Source: an uncultured delta proteobacterium (GTDB lineage Bacteria > Myxococcota_A > Polyangia > Polyangiales > Polyangiaceae). From it: DNA of 64,000 nucleotides. Every line of letters starts with the position of its first letter. Positions within the stretch are counted from its first letter, which is position 1. Location of the stretch: the NCBI GenBank assembly GCA_963806225.1, contig CAWDXG010000004.1, positions 1,120,001 to 1,184,000 on the forward strand, in the 5' to 3' direction. Positions 33,801 to 43,413 of this stretch are shown piece by piece. The notes under the pieces are model-generated. The model was not told the origin of the DNA. It saw only the letters and a list, made by a program, of their open reading frames with translations, and searched no databases. Position numbers and translations under genes: made by a program.

Positions 33801-34592
33801 ACGAAACCGGACAACTGGAGCATGAAGCTGTTCTTCGACCCGTATTCGAGCGCATCCTACTCCGGCACGACGACGCCGTTCGAGGCGGGGCAACCCATCG
33901 ACACCGCGCCCGTGCTGTCGCTCGACGACCGCAACAACGTGACCGTCGCCTTCTCCACCGGCGATCAGGACGTTCTGACCGCGCCGCCGGAGATGACCAA
34001 CTACGTCGTGTCGCTGACCGAGCAGCTGGATTCGACGGGAGCAGCCTACGACTCCAAAGCCAACTGGTACACCACGCTCGCCGGTGGCGAGCGCGTGGCC
34101 GGCCCCATCACGCTGTTCAACGGCGTGCTCTATTTCTCGACCTTCCAGCCGACACCGGCAGGCAGCTCTGCCGTGTGCAGCGCCGGCACGAGCAAGGTGT
34201 GGGGCGTGGACTACATCATACCGAAGACTGCTTCCAAGCTGTCGGACGGTGGCAAGGAGCGCCTTCCCGAGAATCCCGGCGCGGCGTCGCTGAAGTACGT
34301 CCAGTATATCGACAACTCCAGCTCGCTCCTGTCGAGCAATGCGGTCATCTTCGGCGTCGGCGTGGCGCAGCTCCCGACCTGCATCGACGAGGCATCGGTC
34401 ACCGATCCCTACTTCGGCACGGGCAGCCACACCTCGGTCACGAGCGCCAATCCCGGCAAGTTCCAGTTGGTGATGGAGACCGGCAACAGCGGCACGTCGG
34501 TGCCGGGCGGCAAGTCGAAGGTCCTGACCATCGATCTGCCCACGCCCCCCAGCACACCGCACATCGATTCGTGGGCAGCCATCACCGAATAG
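30864..34592 (+). CDS. pilY1: PilY1 pilus tip adhesin (N-terminal vWA, Cys-rich, C-terminal beta-propeller)
   Basis: Signal peptide; MIDAS LLVDTSGSM, GATPI, LLSDGEP; GDIYHSTP, NDGFLHAF, ELWAFMP, FVGDRDGTLWRVDL. Confidence 0.9.
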   Translation: MYPRRFLQRFPRPPGLLVAAFAAAGVLGLSGLARAQTDVNPPLPNVMLLVDTSGSMEYKSSSSDYPTCDPTGATPSEKSRWIDLLSVLTGSIQDYRCYSEDRSSLAFKQEYSLGSTLPYDLDYMNPYHRPLSGTCTPGPGVLPSPNAYTFPSGAIHYHPYDNPTGSCSNFSQASDGLLDSFQTRVRFGLMTFDTLPDPGTGVSGTSPDYLSGVRGTWSYFVGQPHQGKPTGCGTLSNQEVGARNAAAPPWEGRMVAFGDPNASGGAITTRNEQIQQILLASRPYGATPIAGMLDDARDFFWNDHSKDPVDTSKDFGPYNDPYVAGGCRKNFVVLLSDGEPNMDLRPFCDASGSPAGQCPYKDKPEEVSADLANAALHKPIDTFVIGFAVSKVTVGGSATPVDCKKLTQADLDPSQSSGSLCSQYPDNSALQACCTLSRIAYNGGTDHAYFADNLDELRLAMSAVLSQIATSTTSRTLPVFAANSNVRDAFAGSYRFYSSFQPQAFDLWTGVLERQRYVCQKDTGTGQINPVAQTIDPSKGDDFVANVNSAPKSRALYTVIADANAGARYSQHSIRPELTSDPDGMGQYSGVTIGKDAPLAFDNDVPPAAMSIDSTTCAGMTATQCRDKYMKWEVGLDNGTSYTRCKNVGTSDCNVVGDIYHSTPRLVGRPGEFLRDESYQVFAQGQATRPLVLYTSTNDGFLHAFKVAPGDSKDTDKVDKKENNELWAFMPPAVLPDVPSQYPGTHLPLLDGAPVIKDVVAMEDSNKKLVLERTQDGARSGTTTWRTILVQGFGANRGGYFALDVTDPVPDATHNPKFLWQLTTDATGKPLFGTRSGTPLITTLFFDPDGSGAREVPVAVLPGGDGPGPTGAKCNRADPTPTHVDTNYPPRSQINCYPAAAGPARSLTIVRLDTGEIIRTFRRSTADAPPGLAARVIASPLDSPITGTPVAFPGDTGSIADRVFVGDRDGTLWRVDLSSTKPDNWSMKLFFDPYSSASYSGTTTPFEAGQPIDTAPVLSLDDRNNVTVAFSTGDQDVLTAPPEMTNYVVSLTEQLDSTGAAYDSKANWYTTLAGGERVAGPITLFNGVLYFSTFQPTPAGSSAVCSAGTSKVWGVDYIIPKTASKLSDGGKERLPENPGAASLKYVQYIDNSSSLLSSNAVIFGVGVAQLPTCIDEASVTDPYFGTGSHTSVTSANPGKFQLVMETGNSGTSVPGGKSKVLTIDLPTPPSTPHIDSWAAITE

Positions 34593-35122
34593 TGTCGAGC
34601 AAGCTGGAAATGGGCGCCCTGGCGCTCGCGCTGGTGTTCGCGCCAGGCTGCCGCGCCAAGCAAGAGGTCGTGCCGGGCGAGCACGCATCTGCCTCGGCTG
34701 CAGCCTCGGCACGGCCGCCGGTCGACCACCTGGAACCGGGCGAGCTGACACCAGGCAAGGCCGTGGTGTTCGGGCTGCGGGTGCCGCGCAGCATGTCGGT
34801 CGACCGGCGCTACCCCGACGCGGCGCACATCAGCGGCAGCGTGACCCCGGAATCCGTCGCCAACTACGTGCGCAAGCGCGTCGTGGTGTCACGCGTGGAG
34901 ATCGGAGCGGCGCGCACGGTGTTTCCGGCGGTGAAGATCAAGGGCGGCGACCCGCAGAAGACGTACCGTATCGAGGTGATCGCCTCGCCGGGGCGCACCA
35001 AGCTGGTCATCCGCGACATCACGAAGCCGCCGATGACCCGCGGGCTCTCCGAGGCCGAGCGCTGGAAGCGCGCCGGTCTCACCCCGGACGGCAAGCCCCT
35101 CGACCCGAAGCACTTGCAGTAA
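34592..35122 (+). CDS. Hypothetical lipoprotein at the end of the pilin operon (alternative start 34610)
   Basis: GTG overlaps pilY1 TAG; hydrophobic segment followed by APGC. Confidence 0.6.
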   Translation: MSSKLEMGALALALVFAPGCRAKQEVVPGEHASASAAASARPPVDHLEPGELTPGKAVVFGLRVPRSMSVDRRYPDAAHISGSVTPESVANYVRKRVVVSRVEIGAARTVFPAVKIKGGDPQKTYRIEVIASPGRTKLVIRDITKPPMTRGLSEAERWKRAGLTPDGKPLDPKHLQ

Positions 35123-35131
35123 CCTGCCGGG

Positions 35132-35893
35132 CTAGCGACCGGCTTCGTCCTCGAGCCTCACGGCTTCCAGCAGCAGCATGCCGATCGATCGCCGCGCGTC
35201 CGGCCCGGGATCGGAGACGTCCGCGGGGCGGAACCAGAGACGGCCTGTCTTCCACCCGACCACCTGACGGATGGCCGCGACCGCGTCGACCGGCTTGTCG
35301 TCGTCCAGCACGCTGACCAGGCCGCCGTCGAGAAGCCGGAACTCCAGCGTGCGCCCGCTCTCGTCGCGCACCTTGAGGTGCCCCGTCCGCCGCTCCATTT
35401 CCAGCAGCGTGAACACGGTCGACACGGACAGCTGCGCGAGATCGCCGCGGAACGCCGGACTGGACTTGGACGAGACCGGCCCGTGCATGAACGAATCGCG
35501 CTGGTCGCTCAGCCGATCGGCCATGTCGATCAGCGCGCCGACCTGCGCCACCACTTCCTCGTGCCGGAACGGCTTGGTGAGGTACATGTCGGCGCCGACG
35601 TTCAGGCCCTGCAGACGCGACGCCGTGTCATCGGCGCTGCTCAGGAACAGGAAGGGCGTGGTCGCGAGGCGCGACCGTTCCGTCCGGACCTTGCGCGCGA
35701 CCCAGAAACCGTCGATGTCGGGCAGCGACACGTCGCAGATGATGCAGTCCGGCAGCAGCTCGCAGGCCTTGTCGAACCCTTCCCGGGCCTCGACGGCGGT
35801 ATCCACGAGGTAGTCCGCGTCGCGCAGGAACTTCGCCAGCAGGGCGGAGACCCACTCGTCGTCTTCGATGATCAGCACGCGGCCCCGGGGCAC
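35132..35893 (-). CDS. Response regulator receiver plus DUF4388 (PATAN-like) domain
   Basis: IIEDD, CDVSLPDIDG, FLFLSS, YLTKPF; FRGDLAQLSVSTVFTLLEMERRTGHL..LLLEAVRLEDE. Confidence 0.85.
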   Translation of the reverse strand: MPRGRVLIIEDDEWVSALLAKFLRDADYLVDTAVEAREGFDKACELLPDCIICDVSLPDIDGFWVARKVRTERSRLATTPFLFLSSADDTASRLQGLNVGADMYLTKPFRHEEVVAQVGALIDMADRLSDQRDSFMHGPVSSKSSPAFRGDLAQLSVSTVFTLLEMERRTGHLKVRDESGRTLEFRLLDGGLVSVLDDDKPVDAVAAIRQVVGWKTGRLWFRPADVSDPGPDARRSIGMLLLEAVRLEDEAGR

Positions 35894-36003
35894 GAGGGAA
35901 ACGCTAGCACGACGGCGACACCGGGCCGAAATCCGGCAATTGTGGCTACCGTCCGACCACTCGGGCATTGTCCCGAGGCCGGCTTCACGCTAACCGACAG
36001 GGC

Positions 36004-37119
36004 GTGGCTACCGAACTGAAGCGCACGCCCCTCTACGAAGAGCACCGCCGCCTGGGCGCCCGGCTCGTCCCCTTCGCCGGCTGGGAGATGCCGGTGCAGT
36101 ACCAGGGTATCAGCGCCGAGCACCGCGCCGTGCGCGAGCACGCCGGACTCTTCGACGTGTCGCACATGGGCGAGCTGGAGCTCACCGGGGAGCACGCGGC
36201 GGCGGTGGTCGACTACCTGGTCACGAACGACCTCGGCCGGATCGCCGAGGGCCAGGCGATGTACACGTGCTGCTGCAACGAGCAGGGCACGATCCTCGAT
36301 GACCTCATCATCTACAAGCGCGCCCCGGACCGCGTGCTGGTCGTCTGCAACGCCTCGAACCGCGACAAGATATCGAAGCACTTCGCGAAGGCCGCCGACC
36401 AGCACTGCGATTTCAAAGACCTCAGTGACCAGACCGCGCTCATCGCGCTGCAGGGCCCGCGCGCGCTGTCGATCCTCGAGAAAGCCGGCTGCTCCATCAG
36501 CGGCGTCGCAGAAAACCTCGGCGCCTTCCGCTTCCAGGATGCGAAGGTCGCCGGCATCGACTGCACCGTGGCGCGTACCGGCTACACGGGCGAGGACGGC
36601 GTGGAGATGTTCGTGGCCTGGGACCGCGCCGCGGAGGTCTGGCGCGCCCTGATGGCCGCGGGCGAGCCGGACGGGATCTCGGCGGCCGGCCTCGGAGCCC
36701 GCGATACGCTGCGGCTGGAGGCGCGCCTCAGTCTGTACGGCAACGACATCGACGAGACCACGAACCCGATCGAGGCGGGGCTCGGCTGGACGGTGAAGCT
36801 CGACGCCGGCGACTTCGTCGGCCGCGACGCGATCCGCGGCATCAAGGAACAGGGCCCCACCCGCAAGCTGGTCGGCTTCGAGATGACCGGCCGCGGGATC
36901 GCCCGCCACGGCTACCCGCTGCTCGACCTCCAGGGCAAGCAGGTTGGCGTGTGCACCTCGGGGGGCCCGTCGCCGACGCTGGGCAGGAACATCGGTCTCG
37001 GCTACCTGCCCGTCGGCATGACGGCCGTCGGCACGGAATTCAAGGCGGATTGCCGCGGAAAACCCATCGACGCCGTGGTCGTCAAGACGCCATTTTACAA
37101 GCGTCCGAAGCCGGGCTAA
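36004..37119 (+). CDS. gcvT: Glycine cleavage T protein (aminomethyltransferase)
   Basis: [47 protein letters not shown]. Confidence 0.96.
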   Translation: MATELKRTPLYEEHRRLGARLVPFAGWEMPVQYQGISAEHRAVREHAGLFDVSHMGELELTGEHAAAVVDYLVTNDLGRIAEGQAMYTCCCNEQGTILDDLIIYKRAPDRVLVVCNASNRDKISKHFAKAADQHCDFKDLSDQTALIALQGPRALSILEKAGCSISGVAENLGAFRFQDAKVAGIDCTVARTGYTGEDGVEMFVAWDRAAEVWRALMAAGEPDGISAAGLGARDTLRLEARLSLYGNDIDETTNPIEAGLGWTVKLDAGDFVGRDAIRGIKEQGPTRKLVGFEMTGRGIARHGYPLLDLQGKQVGVCTSGGPSPTLGRNIGLGYLPVGMTAVGTEFKADCRGKPIDAVVVKTPFYKRPKPG

Positions 37120-37193
37120 GCGAGCAGGCGCTGCTCGAGGAGCGCCAGGCCGGCCGGGACCGGTGCCCCCAGGAGTCGAACAGGAGCGAGGCA

Positions 37194-37598
37194 ATGAGCG
37201 GAGCCAAAGAGGTCAAGGACGACCGCAAGTACACCAAGGATCACGAATGGGCGCGTCGCGACGGCGACGAGCTCGTCGTCGGCATCACCGCTTTTGCGGT
37301 CGAGCAGCTCGGCGACATCACGCTGGTCGGCATCGACGCCAAGGTGGGTGATGCCGTGGAGGCGCACAAGACCTTCGGCACCATCGAGAGCGTCAAGACG
37401 CTGAGCGACCTGTTCGCACCCGTGAGCGGGAAGATCACGCGCATCAACGACGCGCTCGAGGACAACCCCGAGCTGGTCAACGACGACTGCTGGGACAAGG
37501 GCTGGATGGTCGCTATCAGCATCGACAAGCCCGAGGAAGAGGCCGAACTGCTCGACCCGGCGGCCTACAAGGAGCACATCGAACAGGCCGACCACTGA
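37194..37598 (+). CDS. gcvH: Glycine cleavage H protein
   Basis: YTKDHEW, GITAFAVEQLGD, lipoyl site ESVK, PVSG. Confidence 0.96.
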   Translation: MSGAKEVKDDRKYTKDHEWARRDGDELVVGITAFAVEQLGDITLVGIDAKVGDAVEAHKTFGTIESVKTLSDLFAPVSGKITRINDALEDNPELVNDDCWDKGWMVAISIDKPEEEAELLDPAAYKEHIEQADH

Positions 37599-38950
37599 TG
37601 CGATACCTGCCGCACACGCCCGAAGAGATCGCAGAGATGCTCGCGGTCGTGGGCACGAGCTCGGTGGACGAGCTGTTCTCCACGGTCCCCGAAGCGGCGC
37701 GCTTCGAGGGCCTGCTGGCCGTGCCAGCGGCGCTCGACGAGGCAGCGCTCATGAGCCACCTCGCCGAGCTCGGACGCAAGAACCGCGGCGCCGCGATGCT
37801 GTCGTTCCTGGGCGGTGGCATGTACGCCCACCACATCCCGCCCGCGGTGGATCAGCTGCTCCTGCGCAGCGAGCTGTACACGGCGTACACGCCCTACCAG
37901 CCCGAGGTGGCGCAGGGCACGCTGCAGATCATCTGGGAGTTCCAGACGATCGTCAGCGAGCTTTACGGCCTGCCACTCGCCAACGCCAGCATGTACGACG
38001 GCGCCAGCGCAGCGGCGGAGGCGGCGCAGATGGCCCAGCGGCTCACGCGGCGCGACAGGGTCGTGGTCAGCGGCTGCGTCCATCCCGACTACCGCAAGGT
38101 GATCCAGACGTACCTGAGCGGGCGCGGAGCCACCTACGTCGAGGTCCCGGTGAACGACAGCGGCGCCGCCGACGTGGCGGCACTCGACGCCGCGCTGGAC
38201 GACCAGACGGCGTGCGTCATGGTCGGCTATCCCGGCTTCTACGGCGCGCTGTCGGACATCGCGGCCACAGCCGGCATCGCCAAGCGCCACGGCGCGCTCA
38301 CCATCGCGGCCAACAGCGAGCCGTACGCGCTGGCCATCGCCGAGCCGCCCGGCGCGCTGGGCGCGGACATCGCCGTCGGCGAAGGCCAGCCGCTGGCCTG
38401 TCCGCCACAGTTCGGCGGCCCCGGCGTGGGGCTGTTCGCGTGCCGCGACGAGCGCAAGTACCTGCAGCAGATGCCCGGGCGCATCTGCGGAGAGACGGTG
38501 GACGTGAACGGCGAGCGCGGCTTCGTGCTCACGCTCGCGACGCGCGAGCAGCACATCCGCCGCGAGCGCGCGACCAGCAACATCTGCACGAACCAGGGGC
38601 TGATCGCCACGGCACTGGCGATCCGCGCCAGCATGCTCGGCAAGTCGGGCTTCGTGGAGGTCGCACGGCACTGCCTCGCCAAGGCCACCTATCTGCGCCG
38701 CCGCATCCTCGACCTGGAGGGCTTCGCACCCGGCTTCGCCGACGCGCCGTTCTTCAACGAATTTTCGATTCGCGTGCGTGGCGGCAATGCCGCACAGGTG
38801 TGCCAGAAGCTGGAGGCCGACGGCATCATCGCCGGTCTGGATCTTGGACGCATCGACGCGAAGCTGGGCGATCGGCTGCTCATCGCAGTCACCGAACAGC
38901 ACCGCCGCGAGGATCTGGAGCGCCTCGTCGCGGCGCTCGGCCGGGTGTAG
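37598..38950 (+). CDS. gcvPA: Glycine dehydrogenase subunit 1
   Basis: MRYLPHT, YTAYTPYQPEVAQG, NASMYDG, REQHIRRERATSNICTN. Confidence 0.95.
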   Translation: MRYLPHTPEEIAEMLAVVGTSSVDELFSTVPEAARFEGLLAVPAALDEAALMSHLAELGRKNRGAAMLSFLGGGMYAHHIPPAVDQLLLRSELYTAYTPYQPEVAQGTLQIIWEFQTIVSELYGLPLANASMYDGASAAAEAAQMAQRLTRRDRVVVSGCVHPDYRKVIQTYLSGRGATYVEVPVNDSGAADVAALDAALDDQTACVMVGYPGFYGALSDIAATAGIAKRHGALTIAANSEPYALAIAEPPGALGADIAVGEGQPLACPPQFGGPGVGLFACRDERKYLQQMPGRICGETVDVNGERGFVLTLATREQHIRRERATSNICTNQGLIATALAIRASMLGKSGFVEVARHCLAKATYLRRRILDLEGFAPGFADAPFFNEFSIRVRGGNAAQVCQKLEADGIIAGLDLGRIDAKLGDRLLIAVTEQHRREDLERLVAALGRV

Positions 38951-38962
38951 CGCCCGTTGCGC

Positions 38963-40075
38963 TCAGCAGCCCTTGGCCGCCCCGACTGCCACCTGGCACT
39001 CGTTGTCGGCGTCGCTCGTCTTCTTGTCGGCCCGGAGTGCCGCTGCCGCGTCCAGGTGCTGGAGGCGACAGAGCATGGGTGTGCCCGAACCGTCGGAGTT
39101 GTAGAGCTCGCCCGGTCCCGCGCCCTGGATCGTCTTGTCGCACTGGCTCTGACACGTCGCGAGGTCACCGTATGTGCTCGTGAACGTGGAGTCGCAGGCC
39201 TTCTGCATTAGCAGGCAGTACGGCTCGCAGTTGTCCTTGCTGCACTGCCCGTCGCCACCGGGACCGGAGTGCGGACAGTGCGTGGCGGGGTCGGCCAGTG
39301 CGTTGAAGCTGTGAAAGTAGCGGCATCCAACCGTGTTCGTGCTCGCGTCGGCGAAGGTGCCCAGCGGCAAGTCGGCGCACACAGCCATGCACTCCGCCTG
39401 GGAGGCGTACTGCTGGAACTTGCCCGTACATGCGACCGTCACGGCGCGGCAGTAGTCCTCGCAGGTCGCCGCCGCGTTGCCGTTCTTGCAGTAGTCGGTC
39501 GACTGGAACTCGGCGTGCGGACAGTGCGTCGCTGGGTCCAGCGTCGCCGCGCCCAGATGCACCAGCCGGCACTCGACCGTATCGCCGCTGTGATCGGAGA
39601 CTGCGCTGAACCCCTTGTGGGAGGCCAGAGCGGCGCACTTGGCCTGGCAGTCCGGAACGATCGTGTACGCCGACGGGCAGATCTTCTCGAACAGCATGCA
39701 GTAGGCGTCGCAGGGGCTGCCGCAGGTGCCGTCGCCGCCTGGACCCGCAGCGGCACATTGTTCCGACGGCGCACTGGCAGCGGCCTTCGCGAAGCGCAAG
39801 CGGCACGCCACCGTGTTGGCGTTCGAGGGCTCGGTCGGGTCGCCGGGAGGTAGGTTCTTGCAGATCCCGAGACAGGTGTCCTTGCCGTAGACGGCGTTGT
39901 CGCCGGTGCAGTTCTTCTGCACGGCGTTGCAGTAGTCGACGCACAGCTGGCTCGCGGGCTGGTAGGTGCGGTCCTCGATACCGGCGATCGACTGGCAGCC
40001 AGTGGCGATTATCACGCCCACCAGCGCGACCATGACAACGCCGAGAGCGCGGGACCGGCGGCGGGAGCGCGGCAT
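38963..40075 (-). CDS. Cys-rich lipoprotein with four 8-Cys repeats
   Basis: Lipobox ATGC-QSIAGIED; four repeats of CxxYC..C..CxxxC..CR..C..C. Confidence 0.8.
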   Translation of the reverse strand: MPRSRRRSRALGVVMVALVGVIIATGCQSIAGIEDRTYQPASQLCVDYCNAVQKNCTGDNAVYGKDTCLGICKNLPPGDPTEPSNANTVACRLRFAKAAASAPSEQCAAAGPGGDGTCGSPCDAYCMLFEKICPSAYTIVPDCQAKCAALASHKGFSAVSDHSGDTVECRLVHLGAATLDPATHCPHAEFQSTDYCKNGNAAATCEDYCRAVTVACTGKFQQYASQAECMAVCADLPLGTFADASTNTVGCRYFHSFNALADPATHCPHSGPGGDGQCSKDNCEPYCLLMQKACDSTFTSTYGDLATCQSQCDKTIQGAGPGELYNSDGSGTPMLCRLQHLDAAAALRADKKTSDADNECQVAVGAAKGC

Positions 40076-41142
40076 CAGAAACGGCCTCCCAGACTCATCC
40101 CCGCGCCCGCGCGTCCCACGCTCGGCTGGAGCCGGAGGGCAGCGCTCTGTCCACTGGGCGCCGTGAGGTAGAGCACCACGCCCGTCGCCAGCACTGCAGC
40201 GCCGGCGCCGAAGGCGATGTTGGAGATGGTCGCGGCGCTCTTCGCGTCGTCCGTCAAGGTCACGCCCTCCGGGGAAGTGCACCGGTTGCCCGGGCAGAGG
40301 TCCTTCGCGTCGTTGTTCTTCTGGATGGCCTTGAGCCCGAAGAACGATCCGATCCCGATGCCGATGACGCCCGCGCCGCCCACGACAAGCCCCAGCGTAC
40401 GCTGCGTCGAACCGGTCGTTCCGGTGTCGGCCGGCGGAGGCGTGAGCGGCGCCGGCTCTGGCCGGGGCGCCGGAGCGGGAGTGGGCGGCTTGTCGGTGGG
40501 GGGCAGCTTTGCGGGCGCTGCGGGCGCGGTCTTCGAAAGCGGCGGGACCTTGACGGTCACGCGGTCCGCCTGATCGCCGACCTTCACCGACTTCTTCCAC
40601 GTGGCGTAGCCGGGAGCGCTGGCTTCGACGGTGATCATTCCGGGGTCCACCGGAATCGGTACGCCGAACAAGCCTGGACGCACGACCTCGGTGCCCCGTT
40701 TGATCTGGAGCCCGTCGATCGACCGCGTCTCGGGGGCCACCCCGATCGCGAGCCTCGACAGCTTCGACTCGAGCTTGTCGGCCCGGTCGCTACCAGCCTG
40801 CGCCCGGCCGGTCTGGCCTTCCGCACGCGCCTCGGACGCCGCTTCGCGGAAGGTGGCCCATGCGCTGGCAGTGCGTCCGCTCTTCGCGTAGCAGTCGCCC
40901 AGATACAGGAGCGTTCCGATGCCGGGATCGATGCGCTGACTCTGCTCCAGCCGCTTGCACGCCTCGGCGTAGTTGCCCTGGGCCAGGAGCTTGCGCCCCT
41001 GGTCGAACAGGGCTTCGGCCGCCGCCTTGTCGGACGCGCTGGTCTGGGCGACGGCACGGCTGCCCGAAAGCGCGATGCCGAACAAGAGCGGGCCGGCGAG
41101 CAGAACCGGGAATCTGCGGGTGAATGTGCGGGTGTGCCTCAT
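40075..41142 (-). CDS. Exported TPR plus PEGA-like protein with Gly-rich hydrophobic C-terminus
   Basis: Signal peptide; AEALFDQGRKLL..YAEAC..DPGIGTLLYLGDCY..GRTASAW; IPVDPG..VEASAPGY; ends GAGMSLGGRF. Confidence 0.8.
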   Translation of the reverse strand: MRHTRTFTRRFPVLLAGPLLFGIALSGSRAVAQTSASDKAAAEALFDQGRKLLAQGNYAEACKRLEQSQRIDPGIGTLLYLGDCYAKSGRTASAWATFREAASEARAEGQTGRAQAGSDRADKLESKLSRLAIGVAPETRSIDGLQIKRGTEVVRPGLFGVPIPVDPGMITVEASAPGYATWKKSVKVGDQADRVTVKVPPLSKTAPAAPAKLPPTDKPPTPAPAPRPEPAPLTPPPADTGTTGSTQRTLGLVVGGAGVIGIGIGSFFGLKAIQKNNDAKDLCPGNRCTSPEGVTLTDDAKSAATISNIAFGAGAAVLATGVVLYLTAPSGQSAALRLQPSVGRAGAGMSLGGRF

Positions 41143-41215
41143 GCGTGTCACTGCCGGTAGTTGGGGGTCGCTACCGGCTTATCAACAGCTGCCCCGCGCG
41201 ACCAGCATCGGAGTG

Positions 41216-42686
41216 TCAGCGGCGTCCACCGAACTCGGGAATGACGCCGTTGCCGGGCTTCTTCGGGACCGGCCGGGGCGTAGGCCGGGACACGACGTGC
41301 GGCGGCGAAGCAGCCTTGGTGGGGGCCGCGCTCCGGGCCGGCGGGGCGAGGGGCGCCGGGGGCGGCTGGGCTCCGGCGTCCGCCGCCGCGGGCTCTACCG
41401 AGCCAGCTGCCGGGGGCGGAACCGCGGTCGCGGCCGCGCTCTGCGCGCCCGGGGGCTCGGCACTGACCGGTGCTGCGACGCTGGCAGACGCGGCAGCGGA
41501 GCGAGCCGTCGCCTTCGGGCTCCGGACCAGCAGCATCACCCCCACACTGCCAAGCACCAGTGCCAGCGCTGCGGCCGGAACCAGCCAGCGCGGGCGCTGG
41601 GGCATCGGCCCGACGGATCCAGGCGGATCCGTGCGTCCCCAGGAATCCACAGTCGAACCGCCCGTCGACAGCGTCCGGGCCTTTTCATCCACGGAGTCCG
41701 CCGCTGTCACAGGCCGCGCGACCTCCTGCCGCGCCGGCGACGATGCCAACGGAGCCGTCACGCTGATATCGGTCGCGCCGAGCACGCGAGAGGCCCGCGT
41801 CGCATGGATGTGCGACTCCGGCGGGCCAAACGCCACGATCGCCTGCGCCAGATCCGCCACGGTCGCCCAGCGGCGCGTCCGGTCCTTCTCCAGGCAGCGG
41901 AACAAGGCTTGTTCGAGCTCCGCGGGGACATCGTTGCGGAAATCGGACATCGGCTGCGGCGTGTCGTCGAGCAGCCTGGCGCACAGCTCGGGCATCGAGT
42001 CGGCCAGGTAGGGCGGCTGCCCTGCGAACATCTCGTAGAAGATGGCTCCGAGCGCCCAGATGTCGGTGCGGGTGTCGACCGTCTTGGCCGACTTCATCTG
42101 CTCCGGCGACATGTACAGGGGCGAACCGATCATCGAAGCAGTGCGCGTGAGCGACAGATCGCCCATCGAGCCGCCCGCAATGGACTTCGAGATCCCGAAA
42201 TCGAGCACCTTGACCAGGCGCGTGCCGTCCGCGCGTCGGGTCAAGAACAGGTTTGCCGGCTTCAGGTCGCGATGCACGATACCTGAAGCATGTGCTTCGG
42301 CGACCGCTTCGGACGCCTGCAGCAGATAGTCCACGACCTCGGCGACCGGCAGCTGACCGCGCTGGGAAAGCTCCTCCGCCAGGTCGTGCCCCTCCAGGAA
42401 CTCCATGACCATGTAGGGCACGCCCTCTTCCATGGTGCCGACGTTCGAGCACGCGGGCAACGTGCTCGCTCTGGATGCGGACCGCAGCGCGGGCTTCGCG
42501 GCGGAAGCGCTCGGCGGCGTCGCTGCGCTCGGCCATCTCGCGCCGCAGGAACTTCATGGCGACGCGCTTTTCCAGCTCCTGGTGCCATGCAGCAACGACC
42601 ACGCCCATGCCGCCCTCGCCCAGGACGGCCTCGACGCGGTACTTGCCAGCGAGGATCTGGCCCTCCTCTACCGGAGCTCCGGACAT
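41216..42686 (-). CDS. Membrane Ser/Thr protein kinase (frameshift near 42450)
   Basis: [49 protein letters not shown]; Pro/Ala tail ending EFGGRR. Confidence 0.92.
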
Positions 42687-42762
42687 AATCGAGACGAAGC
42701 GTAGCCTCGATCGGAGCGACCCGCCCGACTTTGTGCCGTTTCGTGCCGCTCGAGGCGGAAAA

Positions 42763-43353
42763 TCAGCGAGCGAGCGAAGCGGTCTCGCCGGGACGCCCGT
42801 CGACCGGGAACGGGTTCGGCCACCAGCCCAGCCCGCTCTGCCGGTACACGGTCAGACGCGCGAGGTCGATGCCGAGCACGGCGCTCACGCTCTGCTGGTC
42901 GTTGGTTCCGACACTCGCCCCCAGGTCGAGCGTGATGCCCCACGGGGCGCCCAGGACCAGCGAGCCGGTCACGCCCTGGGAGCCGATGCCCCAGAAGCGC
43001 CCGTACGCGCCTAGATCGAGCGCACCACCCCAGTCGCCGTTGCTGAAACCGTGCGTCGTGGCCCTCACGAGCAGCGAGAGATCGGTGCCGTGCCCGAGGT
43101 AGGGCTGGATGCGGGCAAGACCGCCCAGGATCACCGGACCCGACGGGGGTGAGCCCATGCCGGCGTCGAACTGCAACGACAACGGCAGCGTGCTCTCGCC
43201 GGATTGTCTCAAGAGCCCGGCACCGCCACCGGCGAACAACCACGACGAGACGTCGGCGTGGGCCGGCCGGGCAGAGACGAGCAGCGCCAGAGCCAGGGCG
43301 ACGCCGGCAACCTGGCAGCCGCGGCGGCGGCCTATCGCGATGCTGTGCGGCAC
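42763..43353 (-). CDS. Hypothetical exported protein, small beta-barrel-like
   Basis: Signal peptide AHA-D; Gly-rich amphipathic strands. Confidence 0.6.
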   Translation of the reverse strand: MPHSIAIGRRRGCQVAGVALALALLVSARPAHADVSSWLFAGGGAGLLRQSGESTLPLSLQFDAGMGSPPSGPVILGGLARIQPYLGHGTDLSLLVRATTHGFSNGDWGGALDLGAYGRFWGIGSQGVTGSLVLGAPWGITLDLGASVGTNDQQSVSAVLGIDLARLTVYRQSGLGWWPNPFPVDGRPGETASLAR

Positions 43354-43413
43354 GCGCGCCGGGCTACCACGGCGGCGTTCTGCAAACCAGCACGGAAATC
43401 GCCTGCCCGCGAC

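Noticed and set aside
38963..40075. Multiheme cytochrome c
   Set aside because: No CxxCH motifs
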